This document shows, piece by piece, positions 47,146-56,770 of a stretch of DNA of 64,000 bases. Origin of the DNA: Thermoplasmata archaeon (lineage in GTDB: Archaea > Thermoplasmatota > Thermoplasmata > Lutacidiplasmatales > UBA184). Where the stretch lies: positions 139,836-203,835 of the forward strand of contig JBAUYF010000027.1 in assembly GCA_049584655.1 (NCBI GenBank). Reading direction: 5' to 3'. Under the pieces are notes generated by a model, which was given only the letters and a program-made list of their open reading frames with translations, ran no database searches and was not told the DNA's origin. Position 1 is the stretch's first letter; every line of letters begins with the position of its first letter. The position numbers and the translations under genes are program-made.

Positions 47146-47752
47146 GGTCTCCTTACTCCTCTGGGACGTCGGAGGTGTGTTGCTCTCGAACGGCTGGGAC
47201 CACGCCGCCCGAGCCGCCGCTGCTGCCCATTTCAAACTGGACCCGACCGAATTGGAACGGCGCCACCAACTCGTGGACGCCGCGTTCGAGACCGGGCGAC
47301 TCGACGTGCCCGGCTATCTGGAGTCCACCGTCTTCTACACGCCCCGGTCGTTCTCCCGAGCAGACTACGTCCAATTCATGCGAGACCGGTCGCGTCGTAA
47401 CGCCGCCGCGCTAACCGCGGCCCGGGCCCTCCGGGGGGAAGGTAGGTACGTGATGGCCGCGCTGAACAACGAATCCCGGGATCTTAACGCATATCGAATC
47501 CAGACGTTTGGCTTGAAGGAGGTCTTCCACGTCTTCTTCAGCTCGTGCTACACGGGCTTGCGAAAGCCGGAGCCCGCCGCCTTCCAATACGCGCTAACGC
47601 TCACTCAACGTACGCCCGAAGAGACCCTCTTTCTCGACGATCGGCCCGAGAATATTGCTGCGGCGGCTCAATTGGGTCTCCATACCTTGCAGGTTCGAGA
47701 CCCCGAGCACCTCAGGGAAGAGTTAGCACTCGCCGGCGTTGCGTTGGGGTAG
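47138..47752 (+). CDS. HAD-superfamily hydrolase (subfamily IA-like)
   Basis: Motif I LWDVGGVL and a C-terminal FLDDRPENIAAA. The in-frame GTG at 47138 overlaps the tal-pgi stop. The ORF-track start at 47093 is upstream, inside the tal-pgi gene. Confidence 0.6.
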   Translation: MAEVSLLLWDVGGVLLSNGWDHAARAAAAAHFKLDPTELERRHQLVDAAFETGRLDVPGYLESTVFYTPRSFSRADYVQFMRDRSRRNAAALTAARALRGEGRYVMAALNNESRDLNAYRIQTFGLKEVFHVFFSSCYTGLRKPEPAAFQYALTLTQRTPEETLFLDDRPENIAAAAQLGLHTLQVRDPEHLREELALAGVALG

Positions 47753-47762
47753 GAGAAGAACG

Positions 47763-48671
47763 ATGGAACTGGGAATGGTTGGGCTAGGGAAGATGGGAGC
47801 GAACATGACCGAGCGACTTATCAAAGGAGGCCACCGAGTGGTCGGATTCGCTCGGACGAAGGCGACCGTGGATGCCGTAGTGGCGCAAGGAGCGGTGGGC
47901 GCCTATTCTCTGGCCGAACTGGTCCAGAAGCTGGCGACGCCTCGGATCGTCTGGTTGATGATTCCGTCCGGAGCGCCGGTCGACCAAACGCTCGAGGAAC
48001 TTCACGCACTGCTCGCACCAGGTGACCTGATCGTAGACGGGGGGAACTCCTACTACCGCGACACGCTGCGGAGGGCCGCGCTCGTGAAGAGCTGGGGCTT
48101 CCGGTATGTCGATGTGGGCACCAGTGGCGGCATCTGGGGGCTCGCCGAGGGCTATTCGATGATGGTCGGCGGAGAGAAGACGGATGTCGACCGGATCCGG
48201 CTCGTCCTGGAGACCTTGGCCCCCGGTCCGAAAAAGGGTTGGGGTCACATGGGCGTTGTCGGCTCCGGACACTTCGTGAAGATGGTCCACAACGGGATCG
48301 AGTACGGCATGATGCAAGCCTACGCCGAAGGCTTCGCCGTCATTCAGGGCAAGACGGATTTCGCGCTGGACCTGCATCAAATCGCTCAGGTGTGGCGCTA
48401 CGGGAGCGTGATCCGATCCTGGCTCCTCGAGTTAACCGAATCGGCCCTGGCGGAGAATCCAACGCTCGCCGGGATCGAGCCGTGGGTCGCCGACTCTGGG
48501 GAAGGTCGGTGGACCGTCACCGAGGCGATGGACCTCAACATTCCAGCTCCCGTGATCACGCTGGCGCTCCAGCAGCGTTTGCGATCACGCGAACAAGATC
48601 CGTTCACCGAGCGTCTGCTCGCGATGATGCGCAACAAGTTCGGCGGACACGAAGTCAAGCGGGAGAGCTAG
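47763..48671 (+). CDS. gnd: 6-phosphogluconate dehydrogenase, decarboxylating (short-chain Gnd/YqeC type)
   Basis: Rossmann N-terminus MELGMVGLGKMGANMTERLIKGGH, then GGNSYY. About 300 aa, TAG stop. Confidence 0.8.
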   Translation: MELGMVGLGKMGANMTERLIKGGHRVVGFARTKATVDAVVAQGAVGAYSLAELVQKLATPRIVWLMIPSGAPVDQTLEELHALLAPGDLIVDGGNSYYRDTLRRAALVKSWGFRYVDVGTSGGIWGLAEGYSMMVGGEKTDVDRIRLVLETLAPGPKKGWGHMGVVGSGHFVKMVHNGIEYGMMQAYAEGFAVIQGKTDFALDLHQIAQVWRYGSVIRSWLLELTESALAENPTLAGIEPWVADSGEGRWTVTEAMDLNIPAPVITLALQQRLRSREQDPFTERLLAMMRNKFGGHEVKRES

Positions 48672-48673
48672 GC

Positions 48674-50131
48674 ATGGAAACCGCCGGGGCCGCGAAGCAC
48701 CTCATTGCGGTGTTCGGGGCGACCGGAGATCTGTTTCAACGCAAATTGCTCCCCGTGCTCTACCGCCTCGCGGCGCGGGGCGAATTCCCGGCAGGAAGTA
48801 TCGTGCTCGGGATCGCGCGACGTCCACTCGACGACGAATCGTTCCGGACGCTGGCGGTGCAGTCGCTGAAGGCCGAGAAATCGGGAACGGACGAGGAGAT
48901 CCAGAAGTTCTGCGCTACGACGCTCTTCTATCACACGCTGGACGACGAGTCGCCGACGGGGTACGACGACCTGCGGAAACGGATCGAGACTACGGAGCAG
49001 TCGCACGGACTCCCCGGCAACCGGATCCTTTACCTCGCGCTTCCGCTCGAAGCGTTTACGCCGACGCTCGAGGGGATCGGCCACGCCGGGTTCAACACCG
49101 GTCCGGGCTGGACGCGCGTGGTCGTGGAGAAGCCGTTCGGACGCGACCTCGCTTCCGCCCAAGCGCTCAATCAACTGTTGCTAAAATATTTCCAGGAGCC
49201 GCAGATCTTTCGGATCGACCACTACTTGGGCAAGGAGACGGTCCAGAATCTCTTGATCTTCCGGTTCGCAAACATGTTCGTGGAATCGGCCTGGAACCGC
49301 GCCCAAGTGGAGAAGGTAGAGATCACTGTCGCCGAACAGCTCGGAGTGGAAGGGCGTGCGCAGTACTACGATCGGTCGGGGGCACTTCGGGATATGGTAC
49401 AGAACCACGTCACACAACTCCTCACGTTGGTGGCGATGGAGCCTCCGGCCACGAAGGATGAGGAAGCGATCCGCAACGAGAAGGTCAAGGTGCTCGAGAG
49501 CGTGGTCCCGCTGCGGCCGAAGGACGTCGTTCGAGGGCAATACGCCGCGGGCACCGTGGACGGTCAGTTGGTCAAGGCCTATCGCGAGGAGCCGGGCGTT
49601 TCACCTACCTCGGAAACGGAGACGTTCATCGCCCTCCGCTTGAAGGTCGATAACTGGCGTTGGCAGGGCGTTCCGTTCTTTGTTCGAACGGGGAAACGAT
49701 TGCCCGCGAAGTCCACCCGAGTGGTGCTGACGTTCAAGGCCCCGCCCGTGTCGTTCTTTCAGGCGGAAGGCGAGTACGACGCGAACCCGGATCGAATTTC
49801 GATCCTCATCCAGCCGGACGAAGGCTTCGAGCTCGCCTTCGAGATCAAGGTGCCAGGACGAGAAATTCGCGTGCAGACGAATCGCATGAAATTCCACTAC
49901 GCCGATGTCTTCGGAGAACTCCCGGACGGCTACGAGACCCTGCTGATCGACGTCATGCTCGGGGATCCCACGCTCTTCGTTCGCGCGGACGAGGTCGAGG
50001 AATCCTGGCGTCTGTACGCCCCGCTGTTGGCGCATCCCCCTCCGATCGTCTTCTATCCGGCGAACACGTGGGGGCCGCCCGAGGCGCAAGCGCTCATTCA
50101 GCAGTGGGGACACATGTGGAGCCCGTCGTAG
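48674..50131 (+). CDS. zwf: glucose-6-phosphate 1-dehydrogenase
   Basis: VFGATGDLFQRKLLP, EKPFGRDL, RIDHYLGKE. The start is chosen at METAGAAKH. The ORF-track start at 48239 lies inside gnd. Confidence 0.9.
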   Translation: METAGAAKHLIAVFGATGDLFQRKLLPVLYRLAARGEFPAGSIVLGIARRPLDDESFRTLAVQSLKAEKSGTDEEIQKFCATTLFYHTLDDESPTGYDDLRKRIETTEQSHGLPGNRILYLALPLEAFTPTLEGIGHAGFNTGPGWTRVVVEKPFGRDLASAQALNQLLLKYFQEPQIFRIDHYLGKETVQNLLIFRFANMFVESAWNRAQVEKVEITVAEQLGVEGRAQYYDRSGALRDMVQNHVTQLLTLVAMEPPATKDEEAIRNEKVKVLESVVPLRPKDVVRGQYAAGTVDGQLVKAYREEPGVSPTSETETFIALRLKVDNWRWQGVPFFVRTGKRLPAKSTRVVLTFKAPPVSFFQAEGEYDANPDRISILIQPDEGFELAFEIKVPGREIRVQTNRMKFHYADVFGELPDGYETLLIDVMLGDPTLFVRADEVEESWRLYAPLLAHPPPIVFYPANTWGPPEAQALIQQWGHMWSPS

Positions 50132-50925
50132 CGCGCTTCGTGCACATTTACCCCACACTGGCCTCGGCCAGCTCTGCGTTGGCGCGACATCTGAGCCAGG
50201 CAGCGCGACGATCCGTTCGCGCGCGCGGCGTGTTCTCGTGGGTTGTGGCGGGGGGCCATACCCCGGAAGGCCTGTACGGCTTGCTCGCGAGCGAATACCG
50301 TGTACGCTTCCCCTGGAAGGAGACCGAATTGTTCTTCGGCGATGAACGGTGTGTCGGTCCCCGCGCTCCGTTCAGCAACTACCGCATGGTTAGGAAATCG
50401 CTCATTTCCCTCGTGCCGCTGCGGCGCCGAAACGTACATCGGATGCCCGGCGAAGTCCGCCCCACCTCGGCGGCAGCGCGTGTCTATGCGCGCGAGATCG
50501 AGTCGACTCGACCGCATGACCGTGCTTCACCACGATTCGACGTCGTTCTCCTTGGGATTGGCCCCGATGGTCACACAGCCTCCCTCTTCCCCCGCGCGCC
50601 GGCTTTGCGCGAGCGACGACGCACCGTGGTCCCGGTTCTGCGAGCCGGGCAGCCCCCGTTGGTGCACCGGCTCACGCTCACACTTCCCGCGCTCGCCTCC
50701 TCGAGAGAAGTGTGTTTCCTCATCTCCGGGAGTGACAAGGCAGAGGTAGTGGGGGAGATCTTCCGGTCGTTTCCGCAGGGGTCGACCGCCCTGCCCGCGA
50801 GCCTCGTTAGGAGTCAGGGGCCTACACACTGGTACCTCGATCGTGCGGCCGCCGCCGAGCTACCGTCTTCGATCGCCCGCGCCGCCGCTTCGCGACCGGC
50901 CCAGAACCATCGAACGAGTTCGTGA
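50116..50925 (+). CDS. pgl: 6-phosphogluconolactonase
   Basis: LFFGDERCVGP and GIGPDGHTASLFP motifs. GTG start overlapping the zwf stop. The ORF-track start at 49660 is over-extended. Confidence 0.75.
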   Translation: MEPVVARFVHIYPTLASASSALARHLSQAARRSVRARGVFSWVVAGGHTPEGLYGLLASEYRVRFPWKETELFFGDERCVGPRAPFSNYRMVRKSLISLVPLRRRNVHRMPGEVRPTSAAARVYAREIESTRPHDRASPRFDVVLLGIGPDGHTASLFPRAPALRERRRTVVPVLRAGQPPLVHRLTLTLPALASSREVCFLISGSDKAEVVGEIFRSFPQGSTALPASLVRSQGPTHWYLDRAAAAELPSSIARAAASRPAQNHRTSS

Positions 50926-51630
50926 CTACGACAGATTCTTCGCGCGGATCCTTGCGGGGCTCCAGAGGCGGACCCCTCCGACGATCGCCCTGCTATTGTC
51001 GCCACGTCGAGCGCCGGGGGGCAGAACTTTGAGTTTGCGAACGTTGCCCCCGCCCAAGACGACGTAGTCAGGTTCGAGAGCATCCGAGAGTCGCTTGACG
51101 ACCTCGAAGACTTCCTTGGCCCATTTCTTGCGGCCGAGGCGACGCCGGCCCTTTTCCCCCACGTAATCTTCGAACGACTTCCCTTTCTTGTACGGGAGGT
51201 GGGCGAGTTCCATCGGCTCGATCTCCCCATCGATGATCATCGTGGTCCCCAAGCCGGTCCCGAGCCCGAGGAACAGCATCTTCCCGCCTTCGTAGCTCCC
51301 CAGCGCCTGCATCGCGGCATCATTGATGACTTGGGTCGGGCGGCGGAACGCCTTTTCAAAATCGAAACCGACCCAGCCTTTCCCCAGATTGGCTGGGTCG
51401 TGGATGATCCGGCCCCGAAGCACGGGCCCCGGGTACCCTACCGAAACCGCGTCGAACCGCTCCCCCTTGAGCCACTTCCTGATTTTTCGCAACATCGTCT
51501 GGGGATCCATCGTGGGGCCTGACACGATTCGAAAGGATCGCACGGGGGAGGTGAGAGATGCCCGCACATGGGTTCCTCCAATGTCGAGGATTAGGATCCG
51601 TCGGCGGGGCTTCGGAGTCTTTCGTTTCAT
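50926..51630 (-). CDS. ROK-family polyphosphate/ATP glucokinase
   Basis: ILILDIGGTHVR, INDAAMQALG, FLGLGTGLGTTMI. The start is chosen at MKRKTPKP. Convergent with the PPP operon. Confidence 0.75.
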   Translation of the reverse strand: MKRKTPKPRRRILILDIGGTHVRASLTSPVRSFRIVSGPTMDPQTMLRKIRKWLKGERFDAVSVGYPGPVLRGRIIHDPANLGKGWVGFDFEKAFRRPTQVINDAAMQALGSYEGGKMLFLGLGTGLGTTMIIDGEIEPMELAHLPYKKGKSFEDYVGEKGRRRLGRKKWAKEVFEVVKRLSDALEPDYVVLGGGNVRKLKVLPPGARRGDNSRAIVGGVRLWSPARIRAKNLS

Positions 51631-51746
51631 TGGACTCGAGGCGTCGAGGGACACTGGGGATATAACTCCCCGAGACGAGACCTGCCCGGGAGACATCCTG
51701 CCCCGAGAGTCAGGCATGACCTCACGGTCGCAATCCAACTTCCGCG

Positions 51747-52322
51747 TTACAACCCGTAGACGAGGGCGGCACCGATGAACGATGCCACGGCTAAGAGGGC
51801 CAGAAATATCCTCGGTATCGAGAGGATGCCTGCGAGTCTAAGGGGAATCTCGACGATGTAGAGAATTACGTAAACAAGGAGAAAGACGATCGCACCGACC
51901 GCCACCAGCACTTCGTCGGATAGGGACCCGGGCCCATATCGTTCGGCTGCGTATGCTGCCAACGCGCCCGCCACGACCGAGATGACCCCCGTCCACGGGA
52001 CTTCACGAAGCGATCGCCCGACGAGCACCGCGCCGACCACAAGGCCGATTACGGCTGGGATAGTACCGAGCTGGCTCCACCGAACTCCGATACCGATGAG
52101 TACAACAACCCCCGTCGGAAGTGACAAGACATTGAGGAGAAACCGTTCCGTACCGCCTCGATTTGCCTGGCTTTGAGCCGCGATGTCACCCAGATACAGC
52201 AACCCAGCCGCAACGAGTGCCGACGCGAGCACCCACACCTGGCCGAGATAGCTGAGTACGGTCACGTACCGCTCGATGGAGTGTCGGATTCTATTTCCCT
52301 CGGAGGATTTCGGGGGGCCCAT
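51747..52322 (-). CDS. hypothetical integral membrane protein (5-6 TM)
   Basis: Hydrophobic helices throughout. No homology recognised. Confidence 0.35.
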   Translation of the reverse strand: MGPPKSSEGNRIRHSIERYVTVLSYLGQVWVLASALVAAGLLYLGDIAAQSQANRGGTERFLLNVLSLPTGVVVLIGIGVRWSQLGTIPAVIGLVVGAVLVGRSLREVPWTGVISVVAGALAAYAAERYGPGSLSDEVLVAVGAIVFLLVYVILYIVEIPLRLAGILSIPRIFLALLAVASFIGAALVYGL

Positions 52323-52614
52323 GAGGAGCGCGGTCGCCGTATTCTTTCGATTCGGGGCCCCTCATCTGGTTGGAGCGCCCGCGGTAATCCGAGGAAAAAT
52401 ATGGGTCCCGGATTCCGCAGTACGGGCATTCGAAAACCTGACCTTCGACCAGGCTGGAACCGGCTCCGGGCCCATCAAGCGGGACATCGCTTAGGAACTC
52501 TTGCGCGCAGGCGTGACAGATCATGGACATGGTCGGCATAGATTTCCTCGATCGCATGAGTTTCGTGGACGGTGATATACTCCCGTCCAAAATTTCCTCA
52601 AAATTATTGGACAT
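52291..52614 (-). CDS. hypothetical small zinc-ribbon protein
   Basis: CHAC...CPYC pair. AT-rich 5' end (ATGTCCAATAATTTTGAGGAAATTTTGG). The start is ambiguous among three Met codons. Confidence 0.3.
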   Translation of the reverse strand: MSNNFEEILDGSISPSTKLMRSRKSMPTMSMICHACAQEFLSDVPLDGPGAGSSLVEGQVFECPYCGIRDPYFSSDYRGRSNQMRGPESKEYGDRAPHGPPEILRGK

Positions 52615-52714
52615 CCGAAGATAAGCGGGGCGCAGGAGGGGACCCGAGAGCCCCCGCACCGACCGCCCCCATCTAGGCTGCCGACGTCCCTGGACCGATC
52701 GGATCAACTAACCG

Positions 52715-54202
52715 CTAATCGGCCGGCGGCTTCCGCCGAACCGCGGGCAGCGGCGGTCGAGCAGGATTGTCGGGGAGCGCGAGGGGGTCCAATTGTTCGG
52801 TAGATTCTGCGGCGCCTGGGCTGGAGGGCGGAGCCGAGGGCGATTGTCGAGCGGAAGCGGTCGACGGATCGGCATGGAAATCTCGGACATCCCCAAAAGC
52901 CAGCGCCGGGGTTCGGATCCAAGCGCGTCCGGGGGCGTCCCGAAGGCTGGGAACGCGTTGGTGAAGCTCTTCGGCGGACTCCGGGGTTGACTGCCAGGCC
53001 CGGAGGGCCCCGATCGGAGCGATCATGGTCGTCAAGAGTCCGACTCCGGCCACAATCGTGAACAGTTGCACATCGAAGACTCCATCTTGCAAGAGGATGA
53101 CCGCCATGGCGAGCTCGACCGCGCCCCGACTGGAGACGAGGTAGCCGATCGCTCGGGAATCGACAGCGGACCATCCACGAAGTCGTCCCGCAAGGTCTCC
53201 CACGAGAACCTTGAGCACGACGGCTACCACGAGAAGGACGCCAAAAACCAGGATGAGATCGGGCGTACCGACGAGACGCAGGTTCATCTGAAGTCCCACG
53301 AAGGCGAAGAATAATGGAATGAAGAAGCCCCAACTGATCGTGTCGAAGACCGTACTAATCGACCGGTGAGCGGACGCCCCCGCCGTGTCGCGCGTGACCA
53401 GGATGCCCGCATAGAACGCGCCCACGACGAACGTAAGCCCGAGGAATTGCGAGAAGAGCGAGGCGCCTACCAACAAGACCATAAGGAGAGCAAAACCGAC
53501 TCCTTTGGACCGCCAATCGCGGGCGAAACTGTCCCGGACCCGTTCCCAGATCGGGGTGCGCTGAAGGATCCGAATTCCCACGTAGATCCCGATCATAACT
53601 CCCAGGAATATGGCCAGGTCCAGTACGGCCATTCCGACGGCAACGAATCCGGTACCCTTTCCCAGAAAGAGTTCGAGAAGTACGGCAAAAACCGTTACGG
53701 CGGTCAACTCATTGATGAGCGCCGCATTCATCAGGAACTTCCCGATCGGCTTGTGCAGGAGACCGAACTGGGCGAGCATGATCCCCATGACCGGGAGGGC
53801 GGTGATGGAGAGAGTTAGTGCGATGAACAGTGCTTTGAGGAGCGAAACTCCCGGTAAGAGTACGGTGATGACCAAGAATAGGCCGGAAAACGGGATGACA
53901 AAAATCGCAATGCCAAGTAGGGCCGTCAACGGACCCATCCGGTAAATCTCCTCGGGCGCCGTTTCCAGGCCCGCAAGGAATAGGATGAAGACGGTCGCGA
54001 GAAATTGCAGGGAGGAGAATTCCGGCGGAAGAGTGGAAAGTCCCAAGTACTGTCCTAGGATAGTGGGACCGAGAACCACGCCGACCAGCAATTGACCGAC
54101 TAAGGCCGGTTGGCCCAATCGGCTCGCCAGCTCCCCGGCGAAAAGGGAACCGGCCAGTAGGAGAAAGAGATCAACGATGAACTCGGTCTGGGACAGTGCC
54201 AA
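52715..54202 (-). CDS. cation:proton antiporter (CPA1/CPA2 Na+/H+ exchanger family) with Pro-rich cytoplasmic C-tail
   Basis: N-terminus LLLAGSLFAGELASRLGQPALVGQLLVGVVLGP and about 12 TM helices. The last 90 aa or so are soluble and Pro/Ala-rich. Confidence 0.85.
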   Translation of the reverse strand: MALSQTEFIVDLFLLLAGSLFAGELASRLGQPALVGQLLVGVVLGPTILGQYLGLSTLPPEFSSLQFLATVFILFLAGLETAPEEIYRMGPLTALLGIAIFVIPFSGLFLVITVLLPGVSLLKALFIALTLSITALPVMGIMLAQFGLLHKPIGKFLMNAALINELTAVTVFAVLLELFLGKGTGFVAVGMAVLDLAIFLGVMIGIYVGIRILQRTPIWERVRDSFARDWRSKGVGFALLMVLLVGASLFSQFLGLTFVVGAFYAGILVTRDTAGASAHRSISTVFDTISWGFFIPLFFAFVGLQMNLRLVGTPDLILVFGVLLVVAVVLKVLVGDLAGRLRGWSAVDSRAIGYLVSSRGAVELAMAVILLQDGVFDVQLFTIVAGVGLLTTMIAPIGALRAWQSTPESAEELHQRVPSLRDAPGRAWIRTPALAFGDVRDFHADPSTASARQSPSAPPSSPGAAESTEQLDPLALPDNPARPPLPAVRRKPPAD

Positions 54203-54386
54203 AACGATCTCCTACGCTGAGCGGCGAGGGAGCATTTGTTCACCTGATATAGGATTCGTTTCGGCGGATGGGGCTGCCCGAATTTGAATCGGGGTCCCGG
54301 GCTCCCAAAGCCCGAAGGATGGACCAATAGAGCGAGCCGAGGATTCTCCTCCGACCCGTAGCTACCCCACAGCCCCACATCGCGTG

Positions 54387-54815
54387 TTAGAGCGCGTCCA
54401 CCCGTTTGAGGGTTCGGCCGATGCGGCATTCGGCCGGTTCCTCGTCGACCTTCTCGATCCGAAAGCGCTGTTTCGCTGGCATCAAGGGCCCGGCGCAGAT
54501 CGACCAATTCGGACAATCGAGTCGGCCGCACGCGTACCGTCCGATCTCGACGGAACCGCCGACCACCGCGCTCCGCGCTTCCACGACCAAGGATCGGGCG
54601 ACGGGTCGAACCTCGACCACATTGGCTTGCGTCTCTTGAAGCGCGCAAGGATGCTGCACCGGTCGGACCTTGACCACCGCGTAACGACGACCCGCGTCCA
54701 GGGTGAGGCACGCATGCCGATACGGGCAAGTTCGGCAGATCGGTGCTCCGCCCTGATAGATGAATTCGAAGCCAGGCTGGGCTTGCGTGTGGGAAAGGAG
54801 GGTGATCTCGGCCAT
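54387..54815 (-). CDS. UPF0179 family protein (archaeal, Cys-rich, about 142 aa)
   Basis: MAEITLLSHTQAQPGFEFIYQGGAPICRTCPYRHACLTLDAGRRYAVVKVRPVQHPCAL...VVEV matches the UPF0179 pattern. It is embedded in a longer minus-strand ORF-track entry (54387..55205). The ATG at 54813-54815 lies 2 nt after the egsA stop. Confidence 0.6.
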   Translation of the reverse strand: MAEITLLSHTQAQPGFEFIYQGGAPICRTCPYRHACLTLDAGRRYAVVKVRPVQHPCALQETQANVVEVRPVARSLVVEARSAVVGGSVEIGRYACGRLDCPNWSICAGPLMPAKQRFRIEKVDEEPAECRIGRTLKRVDAL

Positions 54816-54817
54816 GG

Positions 54818-55855
54818 CTAGTTGATGACCCCGGTCACCGTCGCGAGCCGTTCGGCCGCGTCTCGGCTCAGTCCATTGTCTCCTAAGATAGTGTACCGTT
54901 CCGGGCGGATCTGGTGCGCGGCCACCAGTGCATCGATTACCTCTTGGGCGGTGACGCCCAATTCGCGTGCCGTCGTGGGCGCGCCAATCGTTCGCAGCGC
55001 ACTGCGAAGTCGTCCCCAATCGCCGCCGTGCAGGTACATCATCATGATCGAACCCACGCCGCACTGTTCTCCATGCAAACTGGGCTGGCGAGCGCCGCGG
55101 TCCAGCGCATGGCTGAAAAGGTGTTCGCTTCCAGAACAGGGACGAGACGATCCGGCGACGCTCATGGCAATCCCGGCCATGATCATCGGCCGAATCGCGA
55201 TCCACACCGACTCTTCGAGGTTAGGTTTGATCAGTCCGGCTCGGTCGATGATCTCCTGAGCGGTGTACTCGGAGAGCGTCGCCGCGGTACTTGAGTATTC
55301 TTCGTTACGGAGCCTCGCTGCGAGCTTCCAGTCCAATACGGCGGTGGTATTCGAGATGACATCGGCACAGCCGGAAGCGAGCAGTCGAAACGGTGCCTGC
55401 ACGATCACCGAGGTATCCGCGATGACGCCGATGGGAACGACCGCCTGCACACTCGTCGTGCTGTTGGGGTCCCGCAACGAGGCGCGCGGAGAAGAAATGC
55501 CATCATGGGCGGCCGAGGTCGGCACGCTGACGAACGGGATCTTGAGCCGCGCGGCGATCACCTTCGTGATATCGATCTTACTACCGCCCCCCGCCGCGAC
55601 CAGGAATCGGGCATCCACGCTCCGAACTTCCTTCTCCAGCCGATCGACCTCATCGGGTGTCGATTCCTTGGCGAGCAGGGTAGCCACTTCGAATCCCGAA
55701 TCCTTGAGAATCGACGCCGCCCGATTGCCGGCGAGCACCGCCGTCTTGGCGCCTGTAATCACAACGCCGCGACTCGGAAAATCGAATTGAGTGCAAGTGG
55801 CGCCGAGCTCTTGGAGCACGCCGTGGCCCGCGAGTACCACGCGGGGGAAGATCAT
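54818..55855 (-). CDS. egsA: sn-glycerol-1-phosphate dehydrogenase (archaeal lipid backbone synthesis)
   Basis: AAGGGSKIDITKVIAARLKIPFVSVPTSAAHDGISS and the rest of the protein are colinear with archaeal G1PDH. The start is chosen at MIFPRVV. TAG stop. Confidence 0.85.
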   Translation of the reverse strand: MIFPRVVLAGHGVLQELGATCTQFDFPSRGVVITGAKTAVLAGNRAASILKDSGFEVATLLAKESTPDEVDRLEKEVRSVDARFLVAAGGGSKIDITKVIAARLKIPFVSVPTSAAHDGISSPRASLRDPNSTTSVQAVVPIGVIADTSVIVQAPFRLLASGCADVISNTTAVLDWKLAARLRNEEYSSTAATLSEYTAQEIIDRAGLIKPNLEESVWIAIRPMIMAGIAMSVAGSSRPCSGSEHLFSHALDRGARQPSLHGEQCGVGSIMMMYLHGGDWGRLRSALRTIGAPTTARELGVTAQEVIDALVAAHQIRPERYTILGDNGLSRDAAERLATVTGVIN

Positions 55856-56031
55856 CGAACGAGATTTACCGAAGGGACTGTCCAAACCGACCGGCGAGTA
55901 CTTGGGGGAAGAAGATTCCATATGGTATTCGAGGCGAGCAGGTCTGCCGCCTCATTAGGCTTCCCGCGGCGAGCCGTCGTCCCATGCGCGAGCTCGCCGC
56001 GCCGGGCGGCCTCCATCTCGGCGCGAGCCAA

Positions 56032-56661
56032 CTAGCGACCGGCGACATCTCCCCACAGAACTTTGTGTTCTTGCAAGAGCACGCGCACGTCCAGGTGATC
56101 CGCGAGAACCCAATCCGCGAGGCGACCGGCGTCCGTTCCCCAGACCGGCTGGAACACGAGTTGCGCGCGGGTCGGGTGTACCTTGAGGGTTCGCCTGGCG
56201 TAGAGGTAATCGGTGCGGTCCTGTACGACAAATTTCGCCACGTCAGTCGGGCGCAGGAGAGGGAGATTCTCCCAGTGGTTCCGCGAGTCCATTCTCGAAG
56301 CAGGGCACTTAACGTCGACGCTGAGGATGACGCGCGGAATGGCAAGATAGGGAGTCACATCCAGCGAACCGCCCGTCTCCACGACTGTGGTAATTCCCTT
56401 GCGAGAAAGCGCGCGAAGTAGCCGCAGCGACTCCCGCTGAAGAAGTGGTTCCCCTCCCGTCAAACAGGCAAATTTCGTATGGTGGCCGGCGACTTCGCGC
56501 AGGAGAGACTCGATGGTTCGCTCCCGTCCGGGCCCGAAGGAATAGGTCGTGTCACACCACGTACACCGCAGATTGCAGCGGGCCGTTCGAATGAACGACG
56601 TGCGTACACCCGAGAGCGGCCCCTCCCCTTGCAAGGAATAGAAGACCTCGATGATTCGCAT
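56032..56661 (-). CDS. queE: 7-carboxy-7-deazaguanine synthase (radical SAM)
   Basis: EVFYSLQGEG...FIRTARCNLRCTWCDT cluster motif. About 209 aa. Confidence 0.85.
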   Translation of the reverse strand: MRIIEVFYSLQGEGPLSGVRTSFIRTARCNLRCTWCDTTYSFGPGRERTIESLLREVAGHHTKFACLTGGEPLLQRESLRLLRALSRKGITTVVETGGSLDVTPYLAIPRVILSVDVKCPASRMDSRNHWENLPLLRPTDVAKFVVQDRTDYLYARRTLKVHPTRAQLVFQPVWGTDAGRLADWVLADHLDVRVLLQEHKVLWGDVAGR

Positions 56662-56770
56662 GGGATGGACTACGGGAGAACCGGGCTAAAGGCGCTTGCC
56701 TCCGAGCCGGTTCGCGACGCCCGCCGTTCGCAATCATTGAAATACGATTCCCGAATCCGACCGAACATCG

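Noticed and set aside
48239-48673. ORF-track N-terminal extensions of zwf (48239), pgl (49660), the acyl-CoA dehydrogenase (34231), thiP (1186) and HAD (47093)
   Set aside because: The extensions overlap the preceding well-supported genes and are Arg-rich. Internal starts (ATG or GTG) at canonical N-termini give operon-style 1-16 nt overlaps.
54384-54821. Plus-strand 145-aa ORF between the antiporter and egsA
   Set aside because: It is antisense to the UPF0179 gene, which has a clear family match and translational coupling to egsA.
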